A program made the position numbers and the translations under genes. 64,000 bases of DNA from an uncultured Gemmatimonadales bacterium (lineage in GTDB: Bacteria; Gemmatimonadota; Gemmatimonadetes; Gemmatimonadales; GWC2-71-9). Below, one piece after another: positions 1 through 9,559 of the stretch (within the stretch, counting starts at the first letter, position 1; the number at the start of each line of letters is the position of its first letter). Location: the NCBI GenBank assembly GCA_963840215.1, contig CAWIYG010000002.1:533087-597086 (forward strand), given 5' to 3'. The notes beneath the pieces were generated by a model. It made no database searches. It saw nothing but the letters and a program-made list of their open reading frames with translations, and had not been told where the DNA came from.

Positions 1-1652
1 GGGCGCTCCGGGGCGAACGGCAGCAGGAACTTGGTGTTGAAAATCGACTGCGCGACCTTGGCCTTGTCGAGCAGCGAGCCCGGCACGGCGACGAACTCTT
101 CCTGGCTGACCGTGGTCGGGTCGGTGTCGGTCGGACCCCCGTTGTTGAACCCGAGGTAGCCGGTCACGATATCGATGTCGTTGACGCCGTTGTTCATCCG
201 CACCGGGTCGCCGAGGATGTCGAGGTCGGCGGTGCTGTTGGCGGGCTTGACGTCACAGGCGGCGCCGGGGCAGCCGGGAATCGAGACCGGCGCGGCGAAG
301 ATGTAGGCCACCGTGATGGTGCCGGAGCCGCCGGGCGGCAGGTCGATCGGGCCCGACGACTGGAAGAACCGCATGTCGGCCGCGCTGCCGATGTTGACGT
401 AGCAGATCTTCGACGCGAGCGGGTTGGGGAGCGAGCAGGCGCCGTCGGTCGGCAGCAGGCCGCCGGTGAGAAAGCGGTAGAGCTGCTTCTCGTCGTTCGG
501 GTCTTGCACCGAGCCGGTGGAGTTCGAGAACGTGCCGAACAGCGTAAGGCCGACCGGCAGGTTGGTCACCGGATCGTTCGGGCTGCCGAGGTACTTCACG
601 CCCACGAAGCCCGGGCCATTGAAGAACGGGGCCGAGCCGAAGATGGCGGGGTCGAACGTCCAGCCGATGGCCCGCGCGCCGGCCTCGCTGAACGTGTGCT
701 CGTAGGTGTAGCCCATCTGGAACGGCACGTTCACGCTGGCGTAGTTGGCGCTGGCGACCGCGACGTCCATGTCCGCCACGTACGCGGCGTAGAAGTCGTT
801 GATCGTGTACCCGCCGGCCGGCAGGTTGATGCCGAACCGGGCGGTGTTCAGCGCCTGGAAGTCGGCGGCCTTCTCGAGCAGGATGGCCCGCAGCGACGGC
901 CGGATGGCGGCGTAGTCGGCCGGGTCGGTGCTGGTGATGTTGTAGAAGGTGTACAGGAAGTAGAGGATGTCTTCGTTGCCGGTCGGGAAGTTCCAGCCGA
1001 TGGCCCGGGTCTCGACCAGGATGCCGAGCGGGTGGGCGCGGCTCTCGAGCCGGGCCGGGTTGCCTTCCCAGGAGAGCAACCAGAGGTCGCCCTGCGAGGC
1101 GGCGATGGCGCCTTGAAGGGCGGGATCGAACAGCTCGCCCTGGGGATCGGTCCCGAGCGCCAGGTCGACGCACGGACCGGTCGTGACGGCGGCGGTGCAC
1201 GGCACGCGGGCCTCGTCGGGCCAGTTGGCCGCGTCGGCCGCGTCGGCGGTGCTGAAGACCGGGCGTACTTCCTCGCCGTTGTTGCCGCCGGCGGTGTTGT
1301 TGAAGAAGGCGCCCGCGGTATCACCGGCGAACCCGTTCACCGAGCGGTCGCCCGCCTCGATGATGCCGCCGATGTTGATGCCCGAGCCGAAGACGTACTG
1401 GTCCGCCGAGCCGCGGGGCCAGATGCCGCCGCCGACCGTGCTGGATCCGGTGGCGCAGATTTGGCCGTCGGAAGCGACGCGGCACTGGACCCGGTTGGTC
1501 ACCAGCAGGGTGATGGCGCTGGAGAAGAGCCGGAACCCGCCGGGCTTCGACGGCTTCGGCTTGGCCACCGCGGTCGATGCCGCGGTGGCACCGAGCGCCA
1601 GAGCCGCGATGACCGCTCGCACGAACACGCGCTGACAACGCGAGAAACGCAT
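1..1652 (-). CDS. secreted protein of unknown function, partial (3' end runs off the window)
   Basis: ATG at 1652-1650 is preceded by AAGGAGGA. The N-terminus MRFSRCQRVFVRAVIAALALGATAASTAVAKPKP looks like a signal peptide. The frame stays open to position 1 (last residues ...KVAQSIFNTKFLLPFAPER), so it is absent from the closed-ORF track. It lies directly downstream of the TonB-dependent receptor. Confidence 0.7.
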   Translation of the reverse strand, partial: MRFSRCQRVFVRAVIAALALGATAASTAVAKPKPSKPGGFRLFSSAITLLVTNRVQCRVASDGQICATGSSTVGGGIWPRGSADQYVFGSGINIGGIIEAGDRSVNGFAGDTAGAFFNNTAGGNNGEEVRPVFSTADAADAANWPDEARVPCTAAVTTGPCVDLALGTDPQGELFDPALQGAIAASQGDLWLLSWEGNPARLESRAHPLGILVETRAIGWNFPTGNEDILYFLYTFYNITSTDPADYAAIRPSLRAILLEKAADFQALNTARFGINLPAGGYTINDFYAAYVADMDVAVASANYASVNVPFQMGYTYEHTFSEAGARAIGWTFDPAIFGSAPFFNGPGFVGVKYLGSPNDPVTNLPVGLTLFGTFSNSTGSVQDPNDEKQLYRFLTGGLLPTDGACSLPNPLASKICYVNIGSAADMRFFQSSGPIDLPPGGSGTITVAYIFAAPVSIPGCPGAACDVKPANSTADLDILGDPVRMNNGVNDIDIVTGYLGFNNGGPTDTDPTTVSQEEFVAVPGSLLDKAKVAQSIFNTKFLLPFAPER

Positions 1653-1741
1653 CCCGTCCTCCTTAGAGAGAAACACAGCCCCCTCGCTCGCCGCCGTCCG
1701 GCCAGGTTCGGCCGGACGGCAGCGTGCTCGGGGTGGTCAAA

Positions 1742-4700
1742 TCAGAAGTTGATCTCGAAGCCCAGGCGGGCGCGGCGCGGAGCGCCGTAGTTCTCCTGCG
1801 TGCCGCGACCCACGTCGTACAGGGCATTGATGGCCCGGGTCTGCTCTTCGATCGTGTAGACGTGGTCGCCGTTGCCGTAGCGCTCTTCCGCCCGGATCAG
1901 GTAGATGCAGTTGGCGGCGGCCGGGTCGTTCTTGCTGCTGACCCAGTTGTTGCAGGTCTCGTGGGCGAAGGTCAGATCGATCGCGCCATCGGGGCCGGCG
2001 GCACCGAGATCGCCGTTGGCATCCCGCTCGGACGCCAGGTCGTCGAGGTCGGCCTGCAGATTCTGGGCGCGCTCTTCGTCGTTCCGCACGTCACCGTTCA
2101 CCGCGAAGACCTGGATGACGTTCTTGAAGTTGAGCAGGTTGCGGACGTCGAGATAGCCGGTCACGTCCAGGCCGCCCAGGCCGAAGCTCTTGGTGAGCTT
2201 GGCGTTGAGCTCCTTGAAGGCCGGAAGTCGCTGGGTGTTGAGGCCTTCGGGGAACAGGGCGTTGCAGTTCTCGATCGACTGGATGCTCTGCTCTTCGTTG
2301 CTCTCCGCGCCGCACTTGCTGTACGGCGGTGCCGCTGGTGTACCGGAAGGTCGTGAAGACGCTCACGTTCTTCAGCACGGTGCCGAGCGCCGAGCCCTGG
2401 CGGAAGTCGCCCGGGAAGGTGACCGAGAACGCGCTGGCCAGCGTGTGCGGACGGCTGTTGTCGGTCGGCAGGATGCCCTGTGGGGGCGGCTGCGCGCCGT
2501 TGTTGCCGCCGACCTGGTTCACGATGCGCGACCCGTACTGCGTGTAGGTGAACGGGTCGGAGCCGGTGTTCTTGGCCTGCTGGTACGAGTAGCTGACCGT
2601 GCCGTTGAAGAAGTTGCCGAACCGGCGGTCGAGCCGCACGTCCATGCCGCGGACGTTGCCGAAGTCGAGGTTGGTGAGGAAGCGGAAGTCGGTGTCGCGG
2701 CGCTGGGCCGGGTCGAACAGCGTGACCAGCCGGGCGGCCGGGTCCGAGATGATGTCCTTGTTGTACGCGGCGACGTCGAGCACCATGTCGTCGCTGAACG
2801 CGTGCCGGATGCCGAACTCGAAGGTGATCGTCTTGCCGAAGTCGAGGTCGCGACCCGTAGACCTGGTTGGTGTTGGTGTTGCCCAGGTCGGTGTTGATGC
2901 CGCCGAGCAGCAGCGCGAAGTCCGGGGTCTGCACCTGGTGCGCGTACGACAGCCGGAAGTTGGTCCGGTCGGTCACCGGGAACGAGACCTGGACGTGCGG
3001 GCTCAGGTAGTTGTGGCTCTTGTCCCGGACGTACAGCGAGGTCGGGTTGTTCTGGTCGAAGCCCGGGAGGCTCGAGACCCGCGGGAAGGCGTAGGTGTTG
3101 CCCGCCGTGTCGGTCGCGAACGGCCGCGAGGCACGGGTGTCGTAGTAGTCGTAGCGCAGGCCGCCGACCAGGACCACGTCGCCCAGGTCGAGCCGGTCTT
3201 CCACGTAGGCGTTCCACCGGATCGGCTTCTCGATGTAGGCGTCCGAGAAGAACTTGGACGTGAACGAGAAGGAGTAGTTGTCGATCCCGTACCGGGTGAA
3301 TTCGCCGCCGATGTTGAGGCGGTTGTACCGGTCCGCCTGCCAGTCGATCTTGGCCTTGGCGATGTACCGGTTCTCCTTGTACAGGCTCAGCCGCGCGTTG
3401 GTGGTGCCGTTGGACGGGCCGCCGCTCTCGCCGAACGACCAGGTGTCGCCACCCTGCGTGTTGACGAAGTTGGCGTACTGGCCGTAGAGGCCGTACGCGT
3501 TGTTGCGGACGTCGTCGACCAGGTTGTACGCGCTGCCGTTGTCGACGTCGACCGGGGTGATCCGGCCATCGTTCCGGCGGACGTTGTTGATCAGCTGCTC
3601 ATCGACCGGGAAGTTGTCGAAGTCGAAGATGAAGTGCATCGGCTTGATGATGAAGCCGCCGAACGGATCGCGGGTCTCCAGATCGCTCTCGGTCGTGAGC
3701 GGGCTGTCGATCCGGCGGTCCTGCTGGTACGACAGCGCCACGTCGAGGGCCAGCGCCCGCTCAGCGCTCTTGCTCAGGTTCTGGGTCCAGCTCAGCGTGG
3801 TGAAGTAGCTCCGCGCGTTGAAGCCCTGGAGCGACGAGGGCAGCGCGAGGTTGTTGATGTAGCGGATGGTGAACGGGAACGTGTGGCCGTGGTTCCGGCT
3901 GGTGGCCAGGCTCAGGGACACTCGCGAGCCGGTGCCGTACGTGTAGTTGAGCTTGCCCGACGCCTGGTACAGGGTCCGCGCCGTGGCCGGCAGCCGCACG
4001 CCGTTGCAGTCGAACCCGTAGTTGTTCCGGATGTTAGTGACGCTCTCCTGGGTGCGGGCATCGCCGCTGGCCAGGCCGTCGGCGCCGGCATCCGCGAAGG
4101 CATCGCACTTGCCGCGCGAGATCGCGTAGTTGTAGACCCGGACCGCCGTGGTGTCGGCGGTGAGGCTCTCGTCGGCCGCGGTCGCGGCGTCGTCCAGCAC
4201 GCTGAGCTGGTTCACGACCGTGTCCACGCCCGCCTGCAGGAAGATCGGGACCTCAGCGCTGCCGAAGCCCTCTTCCAGCGCCTTCTGGCCCTCGAGCGCG
4301 CCGCTCAGAGCGAAGGTCAGGCGGCCCGCCAGCGGGCCGCTGAAGCTGCCCTCGAGCCGGTTGAACCCGGTCGAGTGGTTGGTGCCGAACGGCTCGTCGC
4401 TCTGAACCGAGAGCGACCCGTTGTACTCGTTGCCGCCGGTCTTGGTGACGATGTTGATGATGCCGGACTTGGCGTTGCCGAATTCGGCCGAGGAGGATCC
4501 GGTGGTGACCGACGCTTCTTCGAAGGAGTTGGTGGCGATACTGAGGGTGGTGCCCGCCGAGCCTACGTACCGGTCGCCGCGATAGCCGGCCTGGACCGGG
4601 ACGCCGTCGACGTAGGTGGCCGCTTCGTTGTTGCGGCCGCCGCGGATCGAGAGGTTCCGTTGTTGTCCGCCGTCACGCCCGGCTGAAGTCGAAGGACCTC

Positions 4701-5177
4701 GTTGATCCGGTCGACCGGGAGGTTGTCGGCGAACTGGCCGTCCATCCGCTGCTTGGTCGTGACCTCGTCACGCGGCACCAGCGGCTGGGTCTGGCTGACG
4801 ACCGTGATCTCCGGTGATCTCGACCGCCGTCTGCTCCAGCTGGACGTCCACCGTGATCGTCTGGCCGGCGAGCACCTTCACGCCTTCGACCTGGGTCGAC
4901 TTGTAGCCGATGAAGGCGGCGCGCACGGACAGCGTGCCGGCGGGGACGTTGTTGATGAAGTAGTAGCCCTGGGGGTTGGTGAGCGCGTTGAACGCCGTCC
5001 CCACCACGAACACCTGGGCGTTCGCAATGGGTGCGCCCGCTTGGTCCCGCACCCTGCCTTCGATTTACCAGTCGAGCCCTGGGCGAGGAGCGAGCCGGCT
5101 CCTAGCGACCAGCGCGACTGCCGCGACGCGATGACTCGCGCAACGCGTGCGAAGGCGCTGACACGGCAATGCTTCAT
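1742..5177 (-). CDS. TonB-dependent receptor with N-terminal carboxypeptidase-regulatory-like domain; frame broken at least 5 times in this assembly
   Basis: Abutting pieces: ORF 4878..5291 (signal peptide MKHCRVSAFARVARVIASRQSRWSLGAGSLLAQG), 4768..5052 (VFVVGTAFNALTNPQGYYFINNVPAGTLSVRAAFIGYKS), 4563..4778 (plug), 2161..4227 and 2091..2786 (barrel), 1742..2164 (C-terminal ...ARLGFEINF with terminal Phe). Frame order is 2,0,2,0,2,1. Confidence 0.85.
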
Positions 5178-5364
5178 GGATACGTCCTCCAAAGGCGTGA
5201 ACCTGCGATTACTGCCGACTTGGAGCGGAGAGCGCACACGCTCCCCTGGGCCCTGTGGCCTACTTGGGAATGCGACTGCTGTGGGATGCACACCTGCAAT
5301 GAAGATGGGGACGCGTCATCGATGAGGATGGCGCGTGCGACGACCGCGGCCCGGTCGGCGCCGA

Positions 5365-5395
5365 CTAATATGAAGCGACTAAAATCTCGTGTCAA
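5365..5395 (-). promoter_or_regulatory. candidate sigma-70-type promoter for the TonB-dependent receptor
   Basis: On the minus strand: TTGACA (5395-5390), 17-nt spacer, CATATT (5372-5367). It sits in a locally AT-richer patch about 190 nt upstream of the ATG at 5177. Confidence 0.35.
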
Positions 5396-5566
5396 GCAAA
5401 CGTCACGGCCTGGCACACCATCTCACACGGCCGATGTAACTCTCTGAAACCGGAGCAAGTTGCCTATTGAAACACCAGCGGCCCGTCTCGGCGACGCGGC
5501 CAGTCGCGTGGCAGCGCGGTGGATGCGGGCGACACGGCGCGCACGCACAGGCGGAGCGGCGACGAC

Positions 5567-5602
5567 GCGATGGTTCGATGTGACGCGGTGGTTCGATGTG
5601 AG
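5567..5602. repeat. tandem direct repeat, 2 x 18 bp (GCGRTGGTTCGATGTGAS)
   Basis: 5567-5584 gcgatggttcgatgtgac and 5585-5602 gcggtggttcgatgtgag, 16 of 18 identical (they differ at the two degenerate consensus positions R and S). Intergenic, between the M24 peptidase stop and the receptor promoter. Confidence 0.9.
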
Positions 5603-5684
5603 CACGGGAAATGAGACGGACGCGATTTTAATCTGCGGAGCCGCGTTTGGGAAGGGGCCGGTGCTCGCCGGCCTTCCAGCCCGG

Positions 5685-6876
5685 CTACGCCCCCGGCACG
5701 ATCAGGCGCGTCTGCGGCACCCGCGGCGTGACCTCGGGCCCGCCGCTCGTCCCAGTACATGTTCACCTCGCTCCGCACCCCGAACTCCCCCGGCAGATAG
5801 ATCGCCCGGTTCCACCGAGAAACCCACGCCCGGCACCAGGAGCCGGTCGTCGTGGGTCTCGTAGTCGTCCAGGTGCGGACCCGAGCCGTGGAGGTCGCGG
5901 TCGATCGAGTGTCCGGTCCGATGCACGAAGCGCAGTCGCCGATAGCCGGCGCGCCTCGACCACCGCCCGCGCCGCGCGGTCGGCCTCGAAGCCCGCGATC
6001 GGCCGGCCGCTCCGCCGCCGCCGTCTGCACCGCGGCCACCGCCGCGTCCCGCGCCTGCGCGCACCGTCTCCCACACCCGCGCCACCGCGCTCCGGCGGCC
6101 GGCTCCCCGCGAACCCCATCCAGGTCTGGTCGGCGAAGACCGTCGTCGCGGCTCCGGCCGGCCCAGAGGTCGAGCAGGACGACCTCGCCCGCCCGGAGCG
6201 TGGCGTCCTCGCCCGGCGTGCGGCTCGTAGTGCGGGTTGGCCGAGTTGGGGCCGAAGCCCGACGATCGGGAGGCGTATCGAAGACCAGCCCGCGCGCCTC
6301 CACCGCCGCGACCACCCGCGCCTGCAGCGCCGACTCGGTCGAGTCCCCGCCGGCCTCGCCGCACCGCGCGCGGCCAGCTCGTCCCGCGCCACCGCGGCCA
6401 GGATCTTCGGCCGCCGCGCGGTGGTCGGCGGCCTCTCGGCCGGTCCACCGCGGCGGCGAAGCGGGTCACCAGCGCGCCGGAGGGCACGATGGTGGCGCCG
6501 AGCCGCCGCAGCAGCTCGACGACGCCGGACGGGCACCCGGTCGAGATAGGGCACCGCGTCCTCCGGCGAGATCTCCATCGCCAGCCGCTTCGCCGCGGAC
6601 CACCAGGCCCAGCGCCGCGTGCAGCTCCTCCCACCGCGGCGTAGGGCAGCACCCGCCCCGGGAAGCCCTGCCACCGCTGCCAGCTCGATCCGGTGCGCCA
6701 CCGCGACCGGCTCGCCGTCGCGTGGGAGCAGCACGAACAGCCGGCGGGTGTTGAGGCCCGGTGAGCTCGAGCACCCGCGTCGCCACCGGGTTGAGGCCGT
6801 GGAAGTCGAACAGCAGCCAGCCGTCGACGCCGGCCGCGGCCAGCGCCTCGCTGAGCGCGGCCGGGTCGGGGATCAC
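5685..6876 (-). CDS. M24 family metallopeptidase (Xaa-Pro aminopeptidase/dipeptidase-like); multiple frameshifts
   Basis: GTG 6876 overlaps the upstream stop (GTGA). Fragments read VIPDPAALSEALAAAGVDGWLLFDFHGLNPVATRVLELTG, ...LLPRDGEPVAVAHRIELAAV, ...FVHRTGHSIDRDLHGSGPHLDDYETHDDRLLVPGVGFSVEPG, IYLPGEFGVRSEVNMYWDER, then GPEVTPRVPQTRLIVPGA-stop (TAG 5687-5685). The pieces are spread over ORFs 6466..7155, 5763..6734, 5702..6652 and 5464..6315. Confidence 0.75.
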
Positions 6877-7508
6877 TCGTAGACCTCGGCCGCGGCGGTC
6901 CGCCACACGCAGGCCTCGTCGCCGCGCGCGCGGCAGCGCTCGTGCAGCATGGCGCCCTCGAACGCGGTGAGACAGCGGAGCAGCTCGCCGTAGGCCGAGC
7001 CGTAGAAGGCGCAGGCGGCCCCGTCGGGCATCGCCAGGATCGAGAGCGGGTCGGTCATCCGGACCTCGGTGCCCTGCGGCCGGCGAGCGGAGCTCGCCGT
7101 CGAAGATCCTGCCGGGCCAGGCGGGCCGCCGCCCGGAGCGCGATCCGCCGCGCAAGGCCCGCGGGCGACACCCGCGCCAGCGTCCGCGCCGAGCGGGCGC
7201 GCGAGCGGGCCGCGTAGCGCGCCGCCCGGCGGCCGGCGTCGGCGAACACCAGCGGCGCGTCCGGCCGGCGCCCCACCAGCCGGATCACGCGACACCACCT
7301 CGTCCAGCTCGACCGTCCCGTCGCGCTCGGCGGTCGCGCGATAGCGCTGGATCTGGGCGGCCACGGTCGGGCTCAGGCCCAGGCGGCGCACGACGATCTC
7401 CTCGGCGAGCTCGTCGAGACCGTCCTCGACCGGGGTGTCGAGATTGCGGATCGCCTCGAGCAGGCTGAGCGGGAGGAGCGCGGGAACGGCGGGCAGGACG
7501 TACGGCAC
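6873..7508 (-). CDS. hypothetical protein, possibly with a V4R-like Cys-containing C-terminal domain; middle third appears frame-shifted twice
   Basis: ORF 6873..7508 has sensible ends (MPYVLPAVPALLPLSLLEAIRNLDTPVEDGLDELAEEIVVRRLGLSP... and ...LAMPDGAACAFYGSAYGELLRCLTAFEGAMLHERCRARGDEACVWRT). The central part reads better in ORF 7055..7288 (IRLVGRRPDAPLVFADAGRRAARYAARS...). The domain call is weak. Confidence 0.5.
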   Translation of the reverse strand: MPYVLPAVPALLPLSLLEAIRNLDTPVEDGLDELAEEIVVRRLGLSPTVAAQIQRYRATAERDGTVELDEVVSRDPAGGAPAGRAAGVRRRRPPGGALRGPLARPLGADAGAGVARGPCAADRAPGGGPPGPAGSSTASSARRPQGTEVRMTDPLSILAMPDGAACAFYGSAYGELLRCLTAFEGAMLHERCRARGDEACVWRTAAAEVYE

Positions 7509-7560
7509 GGGAGTCGTGATGCGCCCGGAAGTCTAGCGCGGTCCATTAGCACTTCTTTCC

Positions 7561-8132
7561 ATGGCCGAGCCTACCACCACCGGGCGCCCGTTCGACGCCG
7601 AGGCGCTTCCGCATCTCGACGCGCTCTACCGCGTGGCGCTCCGGCTCACCGGCGATCCGACCCAGGCCGAAGACCTGGTCCAGGACACCATGCTCAAGGC
7701 CTACCGCGCCTGGCAGCAGTACCGCCCGGGGACCAACGCCAAGGGCTGGCTGCTCACGATCCTCCGCAACACCTTCATCAACGACTACCGCCGCCGGAAG
7801 CTCGAGCCCGTGGCCACGGACCTCGAGGCCATCGAGCCGCACGCGATCTACCGGGCGGTGGAGGACGTCGACCCCGAAGGCGCCTTCTTCTCGAAGATCG
7901 TGGACGAGAAGGTGCTCGAGGCCATCGACGCCCTGCCGCCGGATTTCCGTGAGGTGCTCGTGCTGAGCGACATGGAAGGCCTGCCGCTACGGCGAGATCG
8001 CCGAGGCGCTCAAGGTGCCGGTCGGCACCGTCAAGTCGCGCCTCTTCCGGGCCCGCCGGCTGCTGCAGGCAGTCGCTCTACGAGTACGCCGTGGAGACCG
8101 GCATACATCCCGCCGCGGGAGGCGCCGCATGA
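7561..8132 (+). CDS. ECF (sigma-70 family) RNA polymerase sigma factor; two frameshifts near the 3' end
   Basis: Region 2: LVQDTMLKAYRAWQQYRPGTNAKGWLLTILRNTFINDYRRRK. Region 4, in shifted frames: FREVLVLSDMEGLP / YGEIAEALKVPVGTVKSRLFRARRLLQ / SLYEYAVETGIHPAAGGAA-stop. TGA 8130-8132 overlaps the next ATG (ATGA). Confidence 0.85.
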
Positions 8133-8378
8133 GTGAGAAGCTCGACTGCCGGGAGGCGGTCGCCCGGCTCCAGGACTACCTCAAGCACGAGCTGACGCCC
8201 GAGCTGGCCGAGGAGATGCGGGCCCACCTCGAGCACTGCCGCCCCTGTCTGGGCCACGCCCGGTTCGAGCAGAGCTTCCTCGCAATGCTCGAGCTGCGGG
8301 CTCGGCGCTCCGGCTGCCCGAGCGAGCTTCGCGCGCCGCATCGAGCTGCAGCTCGGCCGCGAGATGGAGCAGGGCTGA
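8129..8378 (+). CDS. ZAS-type (zf-HC2) anti-sigma factor; one frameshift
   Basis: MSEKLDCREAVARLQDYLKHELTPELAEEMRAHLEHCRPCLGHARFEQSFLAMLELR with the H-x3-C-x2-C motif. Translationally coupled to the ECF sigma gene. The tail ...ARIELQLGREMEQG-stop is in another frame. Confidence 0.75.
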
Positions 8379-9158
8379 CGCCGGTCGCCCTCCCGGTGGC
8401 CGCACTCGCCGCCGGGGCGCTCGCGCTGCTGGCCTGGGCGGTCCGGAGCCTGACCGGCCCCGGCGCGGTGGCCGCCTGGGCGATCGGCATCGCGGTGCTG
8501 GCGGGCACGGGGTGGGCGGGCGGCGCGGTCCTGGCCGCCTTTTTCGTCTCCAGCACTGCGATCGGTCGGTTGACGCCCGCACCCGTCGGCCTCGACCCGA
8601 AGGATGAGCGGCGCGACGCCCGCCAGGTCGTCGCCAACGGCGGCCCGGCCGCGCATCGGAGCGCTGCTCGGGCTCTACGACCCGGGGCTCGGACTCTGGC
8701 TCGTGACCGGCAGCCTCGCCGCGGCGGCGGCCGACACCTGGGCCACCGGCATCGGCGGGTGGAGCCGCACGCCGCCGCGGCGGCTGCTCGTCGGGGCCGA
8801 GATGCCGCGGGGAACCAGCGGGGGGATGACCGCCGTCGGCTGCCTCGGCGCGGCCGCCGGGGCATTGCTCGTGGCCGCGGCCGGGGTCGCCGCCGGCGGC
8901 GGCGCCGGGCTGCTGCCGGCCGGAACGCTGGTAGGTTTCGCTGGGATGGTCACGGACTCCGTCCTGGGAGCCCGCTGGCAGGGACGCTTTCGCTGCCCCG
9001 CGTGCGACGTCGCCAGCGAGTGGCCGGTGCACCGCTGTGGGGCCCGCACGGTCCGGGTGGGAGGAATGCCATGGCTGGACAACGATGGAGTGAACCTCGG
9101 CGCGACGGCCTTGGGCGCCGTGCTCGCGGGTGCGGCCTGGCTCTGCTGGTCCCGCTGA
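8375..9158 (+). CDS. DUF92/TMEM19-like integral membrane protein; one frameshift near 8650, start uncertain
   Basis: LTPVALPVAALAAGALALLAWAVRSLTGPGAVAAWAIGIAVLAGTGWAGGAVLAAFFVSSTAIGRL..., continued in ORF 8604..9158 (...LVTGSLAAAAADTWATGIGGWSR...GTSGGMTAVGCLGAAAGA...VTDSVLGARWQGRFRCPACD...). Confidence 0.6.
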
Positions 9159-9559
9159 TCCTGGGGCTGGCCGGGTGTAATGGCGACCCGACGGCGCCCC
9201 GAACGGGGCTGCCGCCCGGCGGCGGCAACAATTCGGGCGCGAACGGCGGCGCCAACACGACGGCGCTCGTCGGCGACTGGCGCGCGGTCGTCGTGATCGA
9301 GGTCCCGGGCGACCTGCAGACCTGGACGACCACCTGGCACTTCGACGCCGCGGGGACCTGCCGGCAGACGCTGGTCACCGAGTCGCTCGCCGAAGGCTTC
9401 CCCCGCACCACCGTGCGCGACTGCAGCTGGGCCACCAACGGCGGCGAGGTCGCCATCACCTTCGCCGGCGGCGGCACCGTGACCTTCGATTTCTCCTTTG
9501 CCGCGCTCGACCCCGACCGCCTCGTGCTCGATGGCTTCGAGTATCAGCGCCTCGCCTGA
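9071..9559 (+). CDS. lipoprotein of unknown function
   Basis: Tail of ORF 8015..9559: ...RRARGCGLALLVPLILGLAGCNGDPTAPR... with lipobox LAGC. The nearest in-frame start is ATG 9071, overlapping the DUF92 3' end. Confidence 0.55.
   Translation: MAGQRWSEPRRDGLGRRARGCGLALLVPLILGLAGCNGDPTAPRTGLPPGGGNNSGANGGANTTALVGDWRAVVVIEVPGDLQTWTTTWHFDAAGTCRQTLVTESLAEGFPRTTVRDCSWATNGGEVAITFAGGGTVTFDFSFAALDPDRLVLDGFEYQRLA

Noticed and set aside
504-1790. Long plus-strand ORF (428 aa) and other very long ORFs antisense to real genes. Examples: 2599..4686 (+), 17744..19477 (+), 26675..29287 (+), 29011..30330 (+), 33224..34477 (-), 44749..46656 (-), 60927..62540 (-).
   Set aside because: Their translations are low-complexity Arg/Ala/Gly/Pro-rich strings typical of open antisense frames in very GC-rich DNA. 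Each lies opposite a gene with clear family motifs.
5178-5365. Cobalamin riboswitch in the 5' leader of the TonB-dependent receptor (BtuB-style).
   Set aside because: I could not find a B12-box-like element or the conserved GCCACTG / GGTGC...AATCC features by eye. An Infernal scan would be needed to exclude it formally.
5567-5602. tRNA-like T-loop sequence GGTTCGAT occurring twice.
   Set aside because: No acceptor, D or anticodon arms can be drawn around either copy. It is a tandem direct repeat.
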